Shown piece after piece: positions 19,772-28,696 of a DNA stretch of 64,000 bases. The stretch is from the IMG/VR virus record IMGVR_UViG_3300020577_007233, positions 1-64,000 of that record; one strand, given 5' to 3'. The DNA comes from a virus (taxonomy: Duplodnaviria > Heunggongvirae > Uroviricota > Caudoviricetes). Under the pieces are notes generated by a model. It searched no databases, had not been told where the DNA came from, and saw nothing but the letters and a program-made list of their open reading frames with translations. How positions within the stretch are numbered: position 1 is the first letter of the stretch; each line of letters opens with the position of its first letter. The translations under genes were made by a program, and so were the position numbers.

Positions 19772-20531
19772 ATTTCGTCCTTTCCTTGTATTGCTCTAAT
19801 ACCTCTTCCAGCGTTCTCTTAGGAAATACATCCAAGATGCCGTTTGGAGATACATAAATAATTCGACCTTTCGCTGCATCTGGATTTACTTCGGCAAAAT
19901 GCTGCCAGTACAAATCGTATGCCACACAATGTTTATCTACAGGCTTGTCTTTGATAAAACCTCGATTAGGATTAGACTCAACAAAACCTTGATATTGAAT
20001 AGCTCTTGTTTCGCCAGGAAATTGCCAAAAGTATCTATTTCTACCCTCATAACAGCAATCATGTCCAAGCAAAACAATAGGATCGCAACCCATGATATAT
20101 GCCCAATGAAGCGCGGTTGCTTGAGAAGAACGAGAACCTATAATGGGAAACTCGGCATCCTCCGTAAGCTTGAGATTCTCTTTGTGATACACAAGTTCGC
20201 CTCTATTGTTCGGAGTCGCCCACTGCCTGTGGTCGAAAAGAACAACTTCCTCGGGTCGAAGATGGTCAACTCTGTCTTTGAGTTTCTTTTCATACAACAA
20301 CTTAGTGCATCTGCTGTTTTTTACAGTATGTATCCAATAGTTCCATGTACAAACGCCTTCGTCGTCTGTAACGAAATAATCACAATCAGGGAACTTTAGA
20401 ATGGCTGAGTTGGCGGTAAAGACAACGTAATCTTTCAAGAGTTTTGGATCAACAAGTCGCAGCGATGGACCGGCTCCTGCAACAAAAGCCATCTGTCCCT
20501 TGTGTTTGTTTTGCAATTCTTTTAGGTTCAT
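19755..20531 (-). CDS. DUF115/Maf (MptE-like) putative nonulosonate glycosyltransferase
   Basis: AFVAGAGPSL, YFVTD, AYIMGCDPIVLLGHD. Confidence 0.8.
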   Translation of the reverse strand: MNLKELQNKHKGQMAFVAGAGPSLRLVDPKLLKDYVVFTANSAILKFPDCDYFVTDDEGVCTWNYWIHTVKNSRCTKLLYEKKLKDRVDHLRPEEVVLFDHRQWATPNNRGELVYHKENLKLTEDAEFPIIGSRSSQATALHWAYIMGCDPIVLLGHDCCYEGRNRYFWQFPGETRAIQYQGFVESNPNRGFIKDKPVDKHCVAYDLYWQHFAEVNPDAAKGRIIYVSPNGILDVFPKRTLEEVLEQYKERTKYEKQE

Positions 20532-20938
20532 GACAGGTCCAGCATGTTAAATCTATTCGGCTCGATAGGCGGCAATTCAAAGTCCTGCGAATCTGACAAA
20601 ATCGTTTCCTTTTCCTTTGGATCTTGGAAGTCCTGTTCAAAGGAGCATTGGTACTTGTTCTTGGTAGAGTTGTAAACAAAATGCAAGAATCTTGCCGGGT
20701 AATTGGCTCCATTTGCATAAATCGTACACTGTCTTCCAAGAACAACCTTGTCGAAGATGATCGAGCCTTTTCTGAATTCATCCTCAACAAACATTCCTTG
20801 CAAAACAGTATCAACATATACCTCATAGGTAATGATTCTTCTCTCAAAATTGATAATAACTTTTCCTAATCCCTTGAGAGGAATTGAGTTACCTCTATAG
20901 CTAACGAAATCTTTGTGATTTGCAATTGGCAATGACAT
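20528..20938 (-). CDS. hypothetical protein
   Basis: 136-aa ORF in tiling. Confidence 0.6.
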   Translation of the reverse strand: MSLPIANHKDFVSYRGNSIPLKGLGKVIINFERRIITYEVYVDTVLQGMFVEDEFRKGSIIFDKVVLGRQCTIYANGANYPARFLHFVYNSTKNKYQCSFEQDFQDPKEKETILSDSQDFELPPIEPNRFNMLDLS

Positions 20939-21906
20939 TAGAAAATAGTCCTTACTCCACTTAGCCTTTGATCGGCTATCTTGAGATACTCTTCCTTACC
21001 GTCTATCCCAATAAAATCTCTGCCATGCTTCATTGAAACAAGACCAGTTGTTCCAACTCCGCAAAATATATCAAGAACAACACAAGGCTTAACTTCAGCG
21101 GTCTCGCAACCACAATTCTTTAGCCAGCCTTTTGTCTTTGTTTCTGTTAAGTGTCTTCCATAATCTCGGTTTGCAAAACCAGTTTTATCAACCTTGTTGT
21201 TTCTACCAGGCCTTGTAGAATACCTATGCCTCTCTACGTCTCTGATATAGGGAGAACCGCAACTAAGACAACAACCATGCTCGCTTGTTGAAGCAAGTAT
21301 GCATGGTTCTATTAGTGCCTGCGGGAAAACAGCAAAATGCGAACCCTTAAAAGAAGCAATAGGCACGTTCCAAACGTCCCTTTTCAATCTCTTCTTAAAG
21401 GTTCCATCTTTGTTCTTTTCTACTGAATTTTCTTTGGTCGCTTCTTTGTCATAGTAGTATTCCGAAGACTTGGAAAATAGGAAGAAATACTCATGTGATG
21501 CAACTGGCTTATTAGAAGAACCACCAGGCAGTGGGTTGGGCTTTGCCCATATAACATCGCTTTTAAGAAACCACCCATCTTTTCTCATCGCAAAAGCAAA
21601 CATCCAGGGAATGCCTATAAGATCGCTCTTTTTGATTGACTCATAGCTTGATGAAGCGTATGTGTCCCCAAGATTGACCCAAACGGTGCCATCATCTCTA
21701 AGGACTTTACGAACTCCCCTGAATGTATCAACAAGTTTTTCTATGTACTCTTCGGGAGTAGATTCCAAACCAATTTGTCCATCGTAGCCATAGTCTCTCA
21801 TTTGAAAATATGGAGGAGAAGTTACAACTGTTTGAACCGATTTGGTTTCTAACGTTTCAAGAGTTTGATCGGCTTTCCCGCAAAGAAGTTTGTATGACAT
21901 TGACAC
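20938..21906 (-). CDS. beta-class N4/N6 DNA methyltransferase with Cys-rich insertion
   Basis: TSPPY, WAKPN, HFAVFP, LDIFCGVGTT. Confidence 0.92.
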   Translation of the reverse strand: MSMSYKLLCGKADQTLETLETKSVQTVVTSPPYFQMRDYGYDGQIGLESTPEEYIEKLVDTFRGVRKVLRDDGTVWVNLGDTYASSSYESIKKSDLIGIPWMFAFAMRKDGWFLKSDVIWAKPNPLPGGSSNKPVASHEYFFLFSKSSEYYYDKEATKENSVEKNKDGTFKKRLKRDVWNVPIASFKGSHFAVFPQALIEPCILASTSEHGCCLSCGSPYIRDVERHRYSTRPGRNNKVDKTGFANRDYGRHLTETKTKGWLKNCGCETAEVKPCVVLDIFCGVGTTGLVSMKHGRDFIGIDGKEEYLKIADQRLSGVRTIF

Positions 21907-21932
21907 CTCGCTACAGAGGTATCGTCAAAAAG

Positions 21933-23897
21933 TCATGACGTTCTTGCGCCTAGCAATTGAGAGCCAGCGGAAGCGCCTGATTCAGCCAAGAATCTGCTAC
22001 AAGTTGTTCTTTCGAATTTGACGCCGCCATTCTTGTATCGCATCATTCTGTGTGCCGGGAACGTAAGTATAAGCTGTTTCTCTGCTCTGGTCATTCCTAC
22101 ATAGCAAAGCCTACGCTCTTCATCAAGACCATCTCTCTCAACTATAGCTCTCTTATGAGGGAATTGCCCCTCTTCCATGCAGGGCATAAACACAACAGGA
22201 AACTCTAGTCCCTTACTCGCATGCAAACTCATAAGCGAAACGGAGTTTTCCTTGCTCTCCTTATCCGAAGAAGATTGAAGAGCGATGTTAGACAAGTAAG
22301 CCGCAATATCATTGCCTCGCTTTTCGCTATACAATGCACAGGCATTTACAAGTTCTTGAACATTGTCTTTCCTGTCGTCGAGATCTTTGCTTTCATAATG
22401 AGATTCAAGATACTTGACATAACTCATTCTAGCGAGAAGTTCAGCAAGAGTTTCTCCAATAGAACGATTGGTTCTATCGAAATCAAATGCGTCTACAATT
22501 TCCTTACACCCTTTGATAATAGCTGCTTTATCTCTACCTGATATGTATTCTTCCGCTCTCTTAAGGGATTCAAGCAAATTGATACCATTGTCATTGGCGA
22601 AGTTCTCGATCTTGCCAAGAGTTACTTCGCCGATTTTACGAGTTGGCTTGTTGATAAAACGAGATAAAGCCATACCGTCCATTGGATTGATAGCAAAGCG
22701 AAGCATTGCCATACAATCTTTAACTTCTGATCTATCAAAGAAACTAAAACCACCGATTACTTGATACGGAACTCCCGCATTCATTAGGCCTTGTTCAAGA
22801 GAACGAGACATAGAGTTGATTCTATACAAAATAGCAATCTCATGAGGCTTGTATTCTTTGTTTATCACCATTTCCCTAATACGATTAGCGATATATGCCG
22901 CTTCCTGCTCAGGATTTGGAAGACATAAACACTCCACAGGCTTACCGCTAGGATTGGAAGTCTTAAACTCCATCTGTTGTTGACGGTTAGGATTCTTTTT
23001 GATCAGATTTGAAGCAATCTTGACGATTTCAGGTGTCGAACGGTAGTTCTGCGGCAAAGAAACGACTTTAGCCTTGTTTATCTTGATGAAGTCTTCGATG
23101 TTCTGATATCTAGCCCCTCGCCAGCCGTACACACTCTGGTCCGGATCGCCAACAACGAAAACATTGTTATGAGCGCCTAATAACTGAACAATTCGGAACT
23201 GCGCCAAGTTAGTGTCTTGAGCCTCGTCTACTTGAATATAGTCAAAACGAGCTTGAAGTTTACTGAGAACTTCCGAATCCTTTTCGAGCAACCTTACTGT
23301 TTCAGAAAGAAGACCGCTAAAATCAATCTGATTGTTCTTCCTCATTCGAGCAAGGTAATCAAGAGCGATATTAGCTTCTTGTTCATCTTTGAAATTGTCT
23401 TTGAACTCAGATTCTGGAATAAGCTTTTCTCGTAGATCGTTTGCCTTCCAAATCAAGCTCTTTATATGAGGTGAAGTCAACTCAAGTCCAGCTTGCCTAG
23501 CGGCCTGCGACATCAAGCCTTCTTGATCGTCATCATCGAGAATAGTGGTGTTAATACCATACCCAATATAAGATCCAAACTTACGAATTATGGTTGCGCA
23601 TAAAGAGTGAAAGGTGCTAATGTAGATCTCGTTGGCGGTTTCGCCAAGCTTCTTTACAATACGCTCCTTCATTTCATTTGCAGCTTTGTTTGTAAACGTA
23701 ATACAGAGAATGGCGCGAGGAGAGCTACCCTTTTCGATAAGACGAATGGTTCTTTCAACAATTACTCTTGTTTTACCGGAACCAGGACAAGCGCAAACGA
23801 AACAAGGACCATTAACATGCTCTACAGCCTGCTCTTGTTCAGTGTTTAGGCTTATTCTTTTTTGCGCAGGTTGTGCAAGGTCTTGAGGCTGATTCAT
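21933..23897 (-). CDS. uvrD: UvrD/PcrA SF1 helicase
   Basis: PGSGKT, TFTNKAA, VDEAQD, VGDPDQS, NYRST, SKGLEF, EERRL. Confidence 0.95.
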   Translation of the reverse strand: MNQPQDLAQPAQKRISLNTEQEQAVEHVNGPCFVCACPGSGKTRVIVERTIRLIEKGSSPRAILCITFTNKAANEMKERIVKKLGETANEIYISTFHSLCATIIRKFGSYIGYGINTTILDDDDQEGLMSQAARQAGLELTSPHIKSLIWKANDLREKLIPESEFKDNFKDEQEANIALDYLARMRKNNQIDFSGLLSETVRLLEKDSEVLSKLQARFDYIQVDEAQDTNLAQFRIVQLLGAHNNVFVVGDPDQSVYGWRGARYQNIEDFIKINKAKVVSLPQNYRSTPEIVKIASNLIKKNPNRQQQMEFKTSNPSGKPVECLCLPNPEQEAAYIANRIREMVINKEYKPHEIAILYRINSMSRSLEQGLMNAGVPYQVIGGFSFFDRSEVKDCMAMLRFAINPMDGMALSRFINKPTRKIGEVTLGKIENFANDNGINLLESLKRAEEYISGRDKAAIIKGCKEIVDAFDFDRTNRSIGETLAELLARMSYVKYLESHYESKDLDDRKDNVQELVNACALYSEKRGNDIAAYLSNIALQSSSDKESKENSVSLMSLHASKGLEFPVVFMPCMEEGQFPHKRAIVERDGLDEERRLCYVGMTRAEKQLILTFPAHRMMRYKNGGVKFERTTCSRFLAESGASAGSQLLGARTS

Positions 23898-24243
23898 GTA
23901 CGGCTCTCTTTATGCTTTCTAGGTCAATTCTCTGCTGAGCAATGCTCTTATTAGCCTTGAAAAACTCTTCCAGGGCAGCAGTATGTTCTTTCATCTTTTC
24001 CACAAAAACTGTTGGACTAATGTAGCCTATGTGAGTATGAAAAGGTTTATGATTATCGTTGTAAATGGCTTGTATGTGAGGCAATTCATCTACATTATAC
24101 TTATCGCAGATAGCTTCATTCTCAGGAGCATCTGCGTCGAAATACTGAAAAGGAATAGAATGATGCTCAAAAGCCTTAACCAAAGAATTACATCTTTCAC
24201 AGTCCTTAGAACCAAAAACTTGTATCGTTATCCCTTCCATCAA
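23839..24243 (-). CDS. thioredoxin/glutaredoxin-like protein
   Basis: CERC motif, ELP (cis-Pro loop). Confidence 0.75.
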   Translation of the reverse strand: MMEGITIQVFGSKDCERCNSLVKAFEHHSIPFQYFDADAPENEAICDKYNVDELPHIQAIYNDNHKPFHTHIGYISPTVFVEKMKEHTAALEEFFKANKSIAQQRIDLESIKRAVHESASRPCTTCAKKNKPKH

Positions 24244-24596
24244 AGCTCCTCTTCGACACTTTTCTTGAACGTGTCAAAATGGTCACGAAGCTTGTTTTGC
24301 AAATCATCCGCCTGTTCCTGTGTTATTTCGGGAGATGGCAAATCAGGTTCTTCGTCTATTACAAAATTGATTTCCTTATTGGTTATGTCTCTGCAAAATT
24401 TGTGCAATACACTTGGATCAACTTCTGTTCTTGTTATATTCAGTAGCTTGAGTAAATCAACGCTAGGCCAAACATAAATCTGATCCATTCCGTTATCCAG
24501 GAACAGAAGTTTCCACTGTATAAGATCGCTTCCCTCGATATAGTGACTTTCAACTATTCTGACTCTTCTCGGAGGTAGCATTTTCCTTTGGTTCAT
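24240..24596 (-). CDS. hypothetical protein
   Basis: 118-aa ORF in tiling. Confidence 0.6.
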   Translation of the reverse strand: MNQRKMLPPRRVRIVESHYIEGSDLIQWKLLFLDNGMDQIYVWPSVDLLKLLNITRTEVDPSVLHKFCRDITNKEINFVIDEEPDLPSPEITQEQADDLQNKLRDHFDTFKKSVEEEL

Positions 24597-25317
24597 TTGA
24601 TTTCTCCCTAAAAAGCTTTACAGCTTTCATAACCCTAATGATTGTGTGTTCTTTCTCATTTGGGCTGCCTTTCTCTCTAAGAAGGCTCAGTTGTTCCATA
24701 CCCTTGTCTCCAAGAATATGAATCAAAATATGGTCGTGATATGTTCGATAACATCCACCAGGCTCGTCTGTAATGGCTTCTTTCTTAATACCAACACTCA
24801 TCTCAATAGAGTTGAGTTCAAGCCACCAATTGTTTGTATCTCTGGTTGTGATTGGCTTATCATCTACTGTTGAAACAAGATGACATTGATCTCTAGTGTC
24901 TGGATAGATCACTTTGAGTCTTTCGTACCTTGGCTTAAACTCTTCTTCAGGAATTATGCCATAAATTCTACAGTTAAAAGGACGAGTTTCATGCTGTAAG
25001 CACTTGTTTGTTTGCATGTCAATGAAAACGCAAGACTTATCTTTGTTTGGAAAAAGATACTTACGAAGACATTTTTCTATCAACTTCTCGAAACTACTAT
25101 CATCCCAGTCTTTTGTAATACTCTTCCATGTATTCAAGAACTCTGTATACAAGACTTGAGGAGTCTGTGTTTTGCAGCACCAAGCCCCACAACCACCCTC
25201 AGATTCGGGTCTGTTATTCTGCATACAGCCTTTAGTGTCTGGAATTTTGCTGTACAAAACGTTAAGACGTTCTCTTGCTTCTTTGAGCTTTCTTTTATTG
25301 TCAGTTATGCCGTACAT
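24550..25317 (-). CDS. YkgJ-family cysteine-cluster protein
   Basis: C...CGAWCC, CVF...CLQHETRPFNCR. Confidence 0.8.
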   Translation of the reverse strand: MYGITDNKRKLKEARERLNVLYSKIPDTKGCMQNNRPESEGGCGAWCCKTQTPQVLYTEFLNTWKSITKDWDDSSFEKLIEKCLRKYLFPNKDKSCVFIDMQTNKCLQHETRPFNCRIYGIIPEEEFKPRYERLKVIYPDTRDQCHLVSTVDDKPITTRDTNNWWLELNSIEMSVGIKKEAITDEPGGCYRTYHDHILIHILGDKGMEQLSLLREKGSPNEKEHTIIRVMKAVKLFREKSNEPKENATSEKSQNS

Positions 25318-25955
25318 TATTGCATCTCCCGTTTATGATTGAAGGTTGGCTCAATAAAAGCAACAGCAGAATCTATAACATCATGCGAGGGCTTTTCAAG
25401 ACCTTCAAAACAAAAATCAGCTACTCTACCTATGACCTCTCTTGTATTTGAGGTTAGTTCGTTGTAATCAACATCAATATTGGGCATTGAATATCGTTCA
25501 ATCAATTCAAGCCTTCTAACTCTAATCAAGTTATGCATATACTCGATTGTATCCCTTGTAAGAGAGGGATACTTGACCATTGAACTCTTTATACAAGCTT
25601 CTGCTGGTCTGTCAATAGAAACCATGCGGCATTCATCAACAAACGGAACAATAAAAGGGACAAAGCTAATCATAAGGGGCATTTTAAGACCCCAAACTCC
25701 TTCTTTGTTTCTTGCAAGAACATATTCTCTAAAAGCCTCCTGTACCTGAGACAAATTAGAGGCAATTTCTTCTTCCTTTTCATTCCATCTCAAAGCCAGT
25801 TTTTCAAATACTAGACATTCAAAATGTCCTTTCGGATTCAAAGCACTTGCGCCTTTTAGGTTTGCGCCCATACTAATGCCAAGAGAATGCATCGCGCCTG
25901 CAATAGCCGACGATCCCGAACCTTGAGGCCCAATTACAAGAATCGCTCTTGACAT
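25317..25955 (-). CDS. sulfotransferase-family P-loop protein
   Basis: VIGPQGSGSSA, NPKGHFE, WGLKMP, DYNEL. Confidence 0.75.
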   Translation of the reverse strand: MSRAILVIGPQGSGSSAIAGAMHSLGISMGANLKGASALNPKGHFECLVFEKLALRWNEKEEEIASNLSQVQEAFREYVLARNKEGVWGLKMPLMISFVPFIVPFVDECRMVSIDRPAEACIKSSMVKYPSLTRDTIEYMHNLIRVRRLELIERYSMPNIDVDYNELTSNTREVIGRVADFCFEGLEKPSHDVIDSAVAFIEPTFNHKREMQ

Positions 25956-26560
25956 TAGATTTCTAGCTTATCATAAGTCCCGGCAGGAGGTGAAACAGAA
26001 ACAAGAGGAGCAGGAGGAGCAGAAGTTGTTACCGTCACAGGAGTGACTTCTTCCTTTGGATACGAAACAGACAAAGAAACTCTGTCAGGCTCTTTAGTTA
26101 CAAAGGTTGATGTGTTGTTATTAGCCTGCAACTCGTCAAGAAGTTTGTTGAGATCTTTCTTCTTGAATCGCCAGCTTTCTTCAGATACTTCATCAAACTT
26201 GCCCAACGATTCAAGATGAGCCTTGAGGCCGTTTTCGTCACTAATCGTCCATGTTCCCTTTGTGTTACGAAGGGCAACCTTTCCGACTCCTGGGAAGTCG
26301 AGAGATTTGGCTTTGTTTGCTGCCATGCAATTTTTGATTGACTCTTCGAGTTTTTCAATATTGACCTGTTCAGCAGCAATCTGCTCGTCAATCAAAGCAA
26401 CTCGTCTTCTCTTTAGTTCTTTCAAAAACTCAACTTTGCGCTCCATTTGTTGCATAGCGCTAAGAACTTGCTCAATTTCATACTTATCCGACAAAACTTC
26501 TGTACCATTGAGCAGCCCATTCAATTTCAGAAACGACATTCCTACTTCTTCATCTAACAT
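25955..26560 (-). CDS. Gam/Gp157-like coiled-coil phage protein
   Basis: long coiled coil then KSLDFPGVGKVALR...KKKDL. Confidence 0.6.
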   Translation of the reverse strand: MLDEEVGMSFLKLNGLLNGTEVLSDKYEIEQVLSAMQQMERKVEFLKELKRRRVALIDEQIAAEQVNIEKLEESIKNCMAANKAKSLDFPGVGKVALRNTKGTWTISDENGLKAHLESLGKFDEVSEESWRFKKKDLNKLLDELQANNNTSTFVTKEPDRVSLSVSYPKEEVTPVTVTTSAPPAPLVSVSPPAGTYDKLEI

Positions 26561-26571
26561 TTGACATCTCC

Positions 26572-26886
26572 TTATCGTGGTCCAACTTTTAGAACAATTG
26601 CGGTCTTATCTCCACCATCGAATGATGCGGTATCAAATGATGGCTCAACCACAAGATTTGTTCCCTTTTTTGCAGCTTCGCCTCTGGCAATGATAATTGC
26701 TTTCCATGCATTGTTACCAGAAGATGCTCCAACAGTTTTCAGCTTAGCATGTCCGTGTTTAGAAATTACAGTCATAACTGCTGACGCAAGACTTTTGACA
26801 TACTCTTTACGAGAAGCATCATCCTGAAAAGCTCCCTCGCCTTTAACCTTGAGAATTGTTACATCATCATGGTTATTCGTAGTCAT
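26572..26886 (-). CDS. spoVS: SpoVS-family (Alba-like) protein
   Basis: ILKV...KSLASAV...TVGASSGNNAWKAIIIARG...PSF...KTAIVL. Confidence 0.8.
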   Translation of the reverse strand: MTTNNHDDVTILKVKGEGAFQDDASRKEYVKSLASAVMTVISKHGHAKLKTVGASSGNNAWKAIIIARGEAAKKGTNLVVEPSFDTASFDGGDKTAIVLKVGPR

Positions 26887-26897
26887 AATAGAACCCC

Positions 26898-27902
26898 TTA
26901 TTCAAGTACACCATAAAACTTCAGCCTTTTTCTTAGGAGGTCTGGATCGTCCCAGATCTTTCCCCTATGACACATCGACTGAAATTCGCAATACCTACAC
27001 TCATAATCATCCTTGGAAAGAGGACGAGGAGGGGGAACTAACTGATCAGGAACCATGTCGTTCATATGCTCCGCTTGTCTCTTGATGATGCTCCACATAT
27101 CTGGATTACGATCAACTTTGTATATCTTGGTTGAAGAATCGTCTTTGTTTTCGTATATCAAAACTCCATATTCTAAGTCAAGAATATTGCAGTAAATAAC
27201 AAGCTGAGTCCTATAGACTAGCGAAGGACCATGCTCAAGCTTGCTCTTGAAGCCAAAAGAGTTGATACTCTTCATATCAAGCACAATAGGTTTCTTTGGA
27301 AGGTCTTCCGTTCGGAAGAGAACATCAACAGGATTTCCTTTGCTAAACATGGACGGATCAAAATTGGAGAAATCAAGAATCTGATCGCAATGACCTCGGA
27401 AATTAAGCTCTTTGTCCTCAACGGTTATTTCGTGATAATGAAAATTAGCATTACCGCATGCGCACTTTTCTGGTTTGAAACATCCAAGCTTATTATCTTT
27501 GCCATATTTCCTTGGTTTATCATGGCTGTGAATGCTGGCATAACTAGGTTCATGAGCTAGAAATTGCCCTTGATCATCACACTGCCAGCATGAAGGGTTT
27601 GTGCATTCCCATACTCCGCGAAGAATTCCAATCTTCTCAAAGTAACCAGCCCAACGAGCGTGCATACTATGACCTGTATCAAAGATACGAAGAGTCTTTG
27701 GGTCCATTTCTTCCTTATGGGGATGAACAAGACCCATATCAGCGTATCGCTGGTATTGAACCTTCCTCAAGCAGCCGCCAAAAGACGACGGGTGATAATG
27801 CTCATAACCTCTTGGAGGACCGTTAAGGTTGCTCCATTTTAGATATGTATTGAGTACATTGAGTACGTTGACTACTTCAGGTGATTGTGCAACAGGAGGC
27901 AT
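26898..27902 (-). CDS. Cas4-like PD-(D/E)XK exonuclease with Fe-S cysteines
   Basis: HPSSFGGC, GHSMH, GHCD, DMKS, QLVIY, CRYCEFQSMC. Confidence 0.85.
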   Translation of the reverse strand: MPPVAQSPEVVNVLNVLNTYLKWSNLNGPPRGYEHYHPSSFGGCLRKVQYQRYADMGLVHPHKEEMDPKTLRIFDTGHSMHARWAGYFEKIGILRGVWECTNPSCWQCDDQGQFLAHEPSYASIHSHDKPRKYGKDNKLGCFKPEKCACGNANFHYHEITVEDKELNFRGHCDQILDFSNFDPSMFSKGNPVDVLFRTEDLPKKPIVLDMKSINSFGFKSKLEHGPSLVYRTQLVIYCNILDLEYGVLIYENKDDSSTKIYKVDRNPDMWSIIKRQAEHMNDMVPDQLVPPPRPLSKDDYECRYCEFQSMCHRGKIWDDPDLLRKRLKFYGVLE

Positions 27903-27910
27903 TTGTTTCC

Positions 27911-28696
27911 TTATCTCTTTGCTTCTATTCGTATCTGAGGGTTGCTCTTGCAAAGTTCAATGTAATATGCAGAAGAACCCAGTTTAATTGTTTTTTGTTT
28001 CGCTTCCACTAACAGTTTGCGATATTCGGTCGGTCCAATTTTTCGTAAGAACTCATCAGGATCTTTAAGAGATGGAAGAAGAACTGGGATAAATCGTATT
28101 CCCATTCCTTCTAAACCATAAGTCTTGTACATTGCCATTGAACGGGATAGGTTCTGAAAACCAGAGCTATCCATATCAAAAACAAGAAAGATATCACTAC
28201 AGTATCTCGACAAAACGCTAAGATGGTACATGCTAAAAGCACTACCCAAAATCCCAACAGTTATATCAAAACCAAAAGTATGAGAGCAAGCCGTATCAAA
28301 CTGCCCTTCAACAACAATAGTTTTCTGATGTTTGATGATGTTAGGTTTCGCTACATCCATGCCAAACATATAGAACTTTTTGTCAAATTCCTCATGTAAA
28401 TGAGGCATTCCTGGTCCATCTTTGTAGCGAAAATCTCTTGACGTAAGTACAATGAGATTGTTATTTTGGTCGTATAATGGCATGATGAGCCTTCCGGCCC
28501 AATCATGCCCTTGCTTCTTCAAACGTTGCGGATAATACCCGAATCTAAAGCCCTTGATTGTTTCATCTGAAAGACCCCGTGTTTCTCTCAAATACTTGAG
28601 AGCCTCAGCAACATCTTCCGTGTTTTCTTCCCACAAGGTTCGCTGGGCAAGTTCAGCGATTGCTTTACGTTCGACTTCGGGGAAATGAACTATCAT
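27911..28696 (-). CDS. dnaG: DnaG primase catalytic/TOPRIM half (no zinc-binding domain)
   Basis: YLRETRGL, GRLIMP, VVEGQFD, FDMDSSG, KDPDE. Confidence 0.88.
   Translation of the reverse strand: MIVHFPEVERKAIAELAQRTLWEENTEDVAEALKYLRETRGLSDETIKGFRFGYYPQRLKKQGHDWAGRLIMPLYDQNNNLIVLTSRDFRYKDGPGMPHLHEEFDKKFYMFGMDVAKPNIIKHQKTIVVEGQFDTACSHTFGFDITVGILGSAFSMYHLSVLSRYCSDIFLVFDMDSSGFQNLSRSMAMYKTYGLEGMGIRFIPVLLPSLKDPDEFLRKIGPTEYRKLLVEAKQKTIKLGSSAYYIELCKSNPQIRIEAKR

Noticed and set aside
1039-20531. Bacterial capsule/O-antigen locus
   Set aside because: No wzx/wzy/wzm/kps export genes or membrane proteins, and it is contiguous with phage-type replication genes; not fully excluded because no capsid or terminase gene lies in the window
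26898-27902. CRISPR-Cas system based on the Cas4-like gene
   Set aside because: No cas1/cas2 or array; solo Cas4-like exonucleases are common in phage recombination modules
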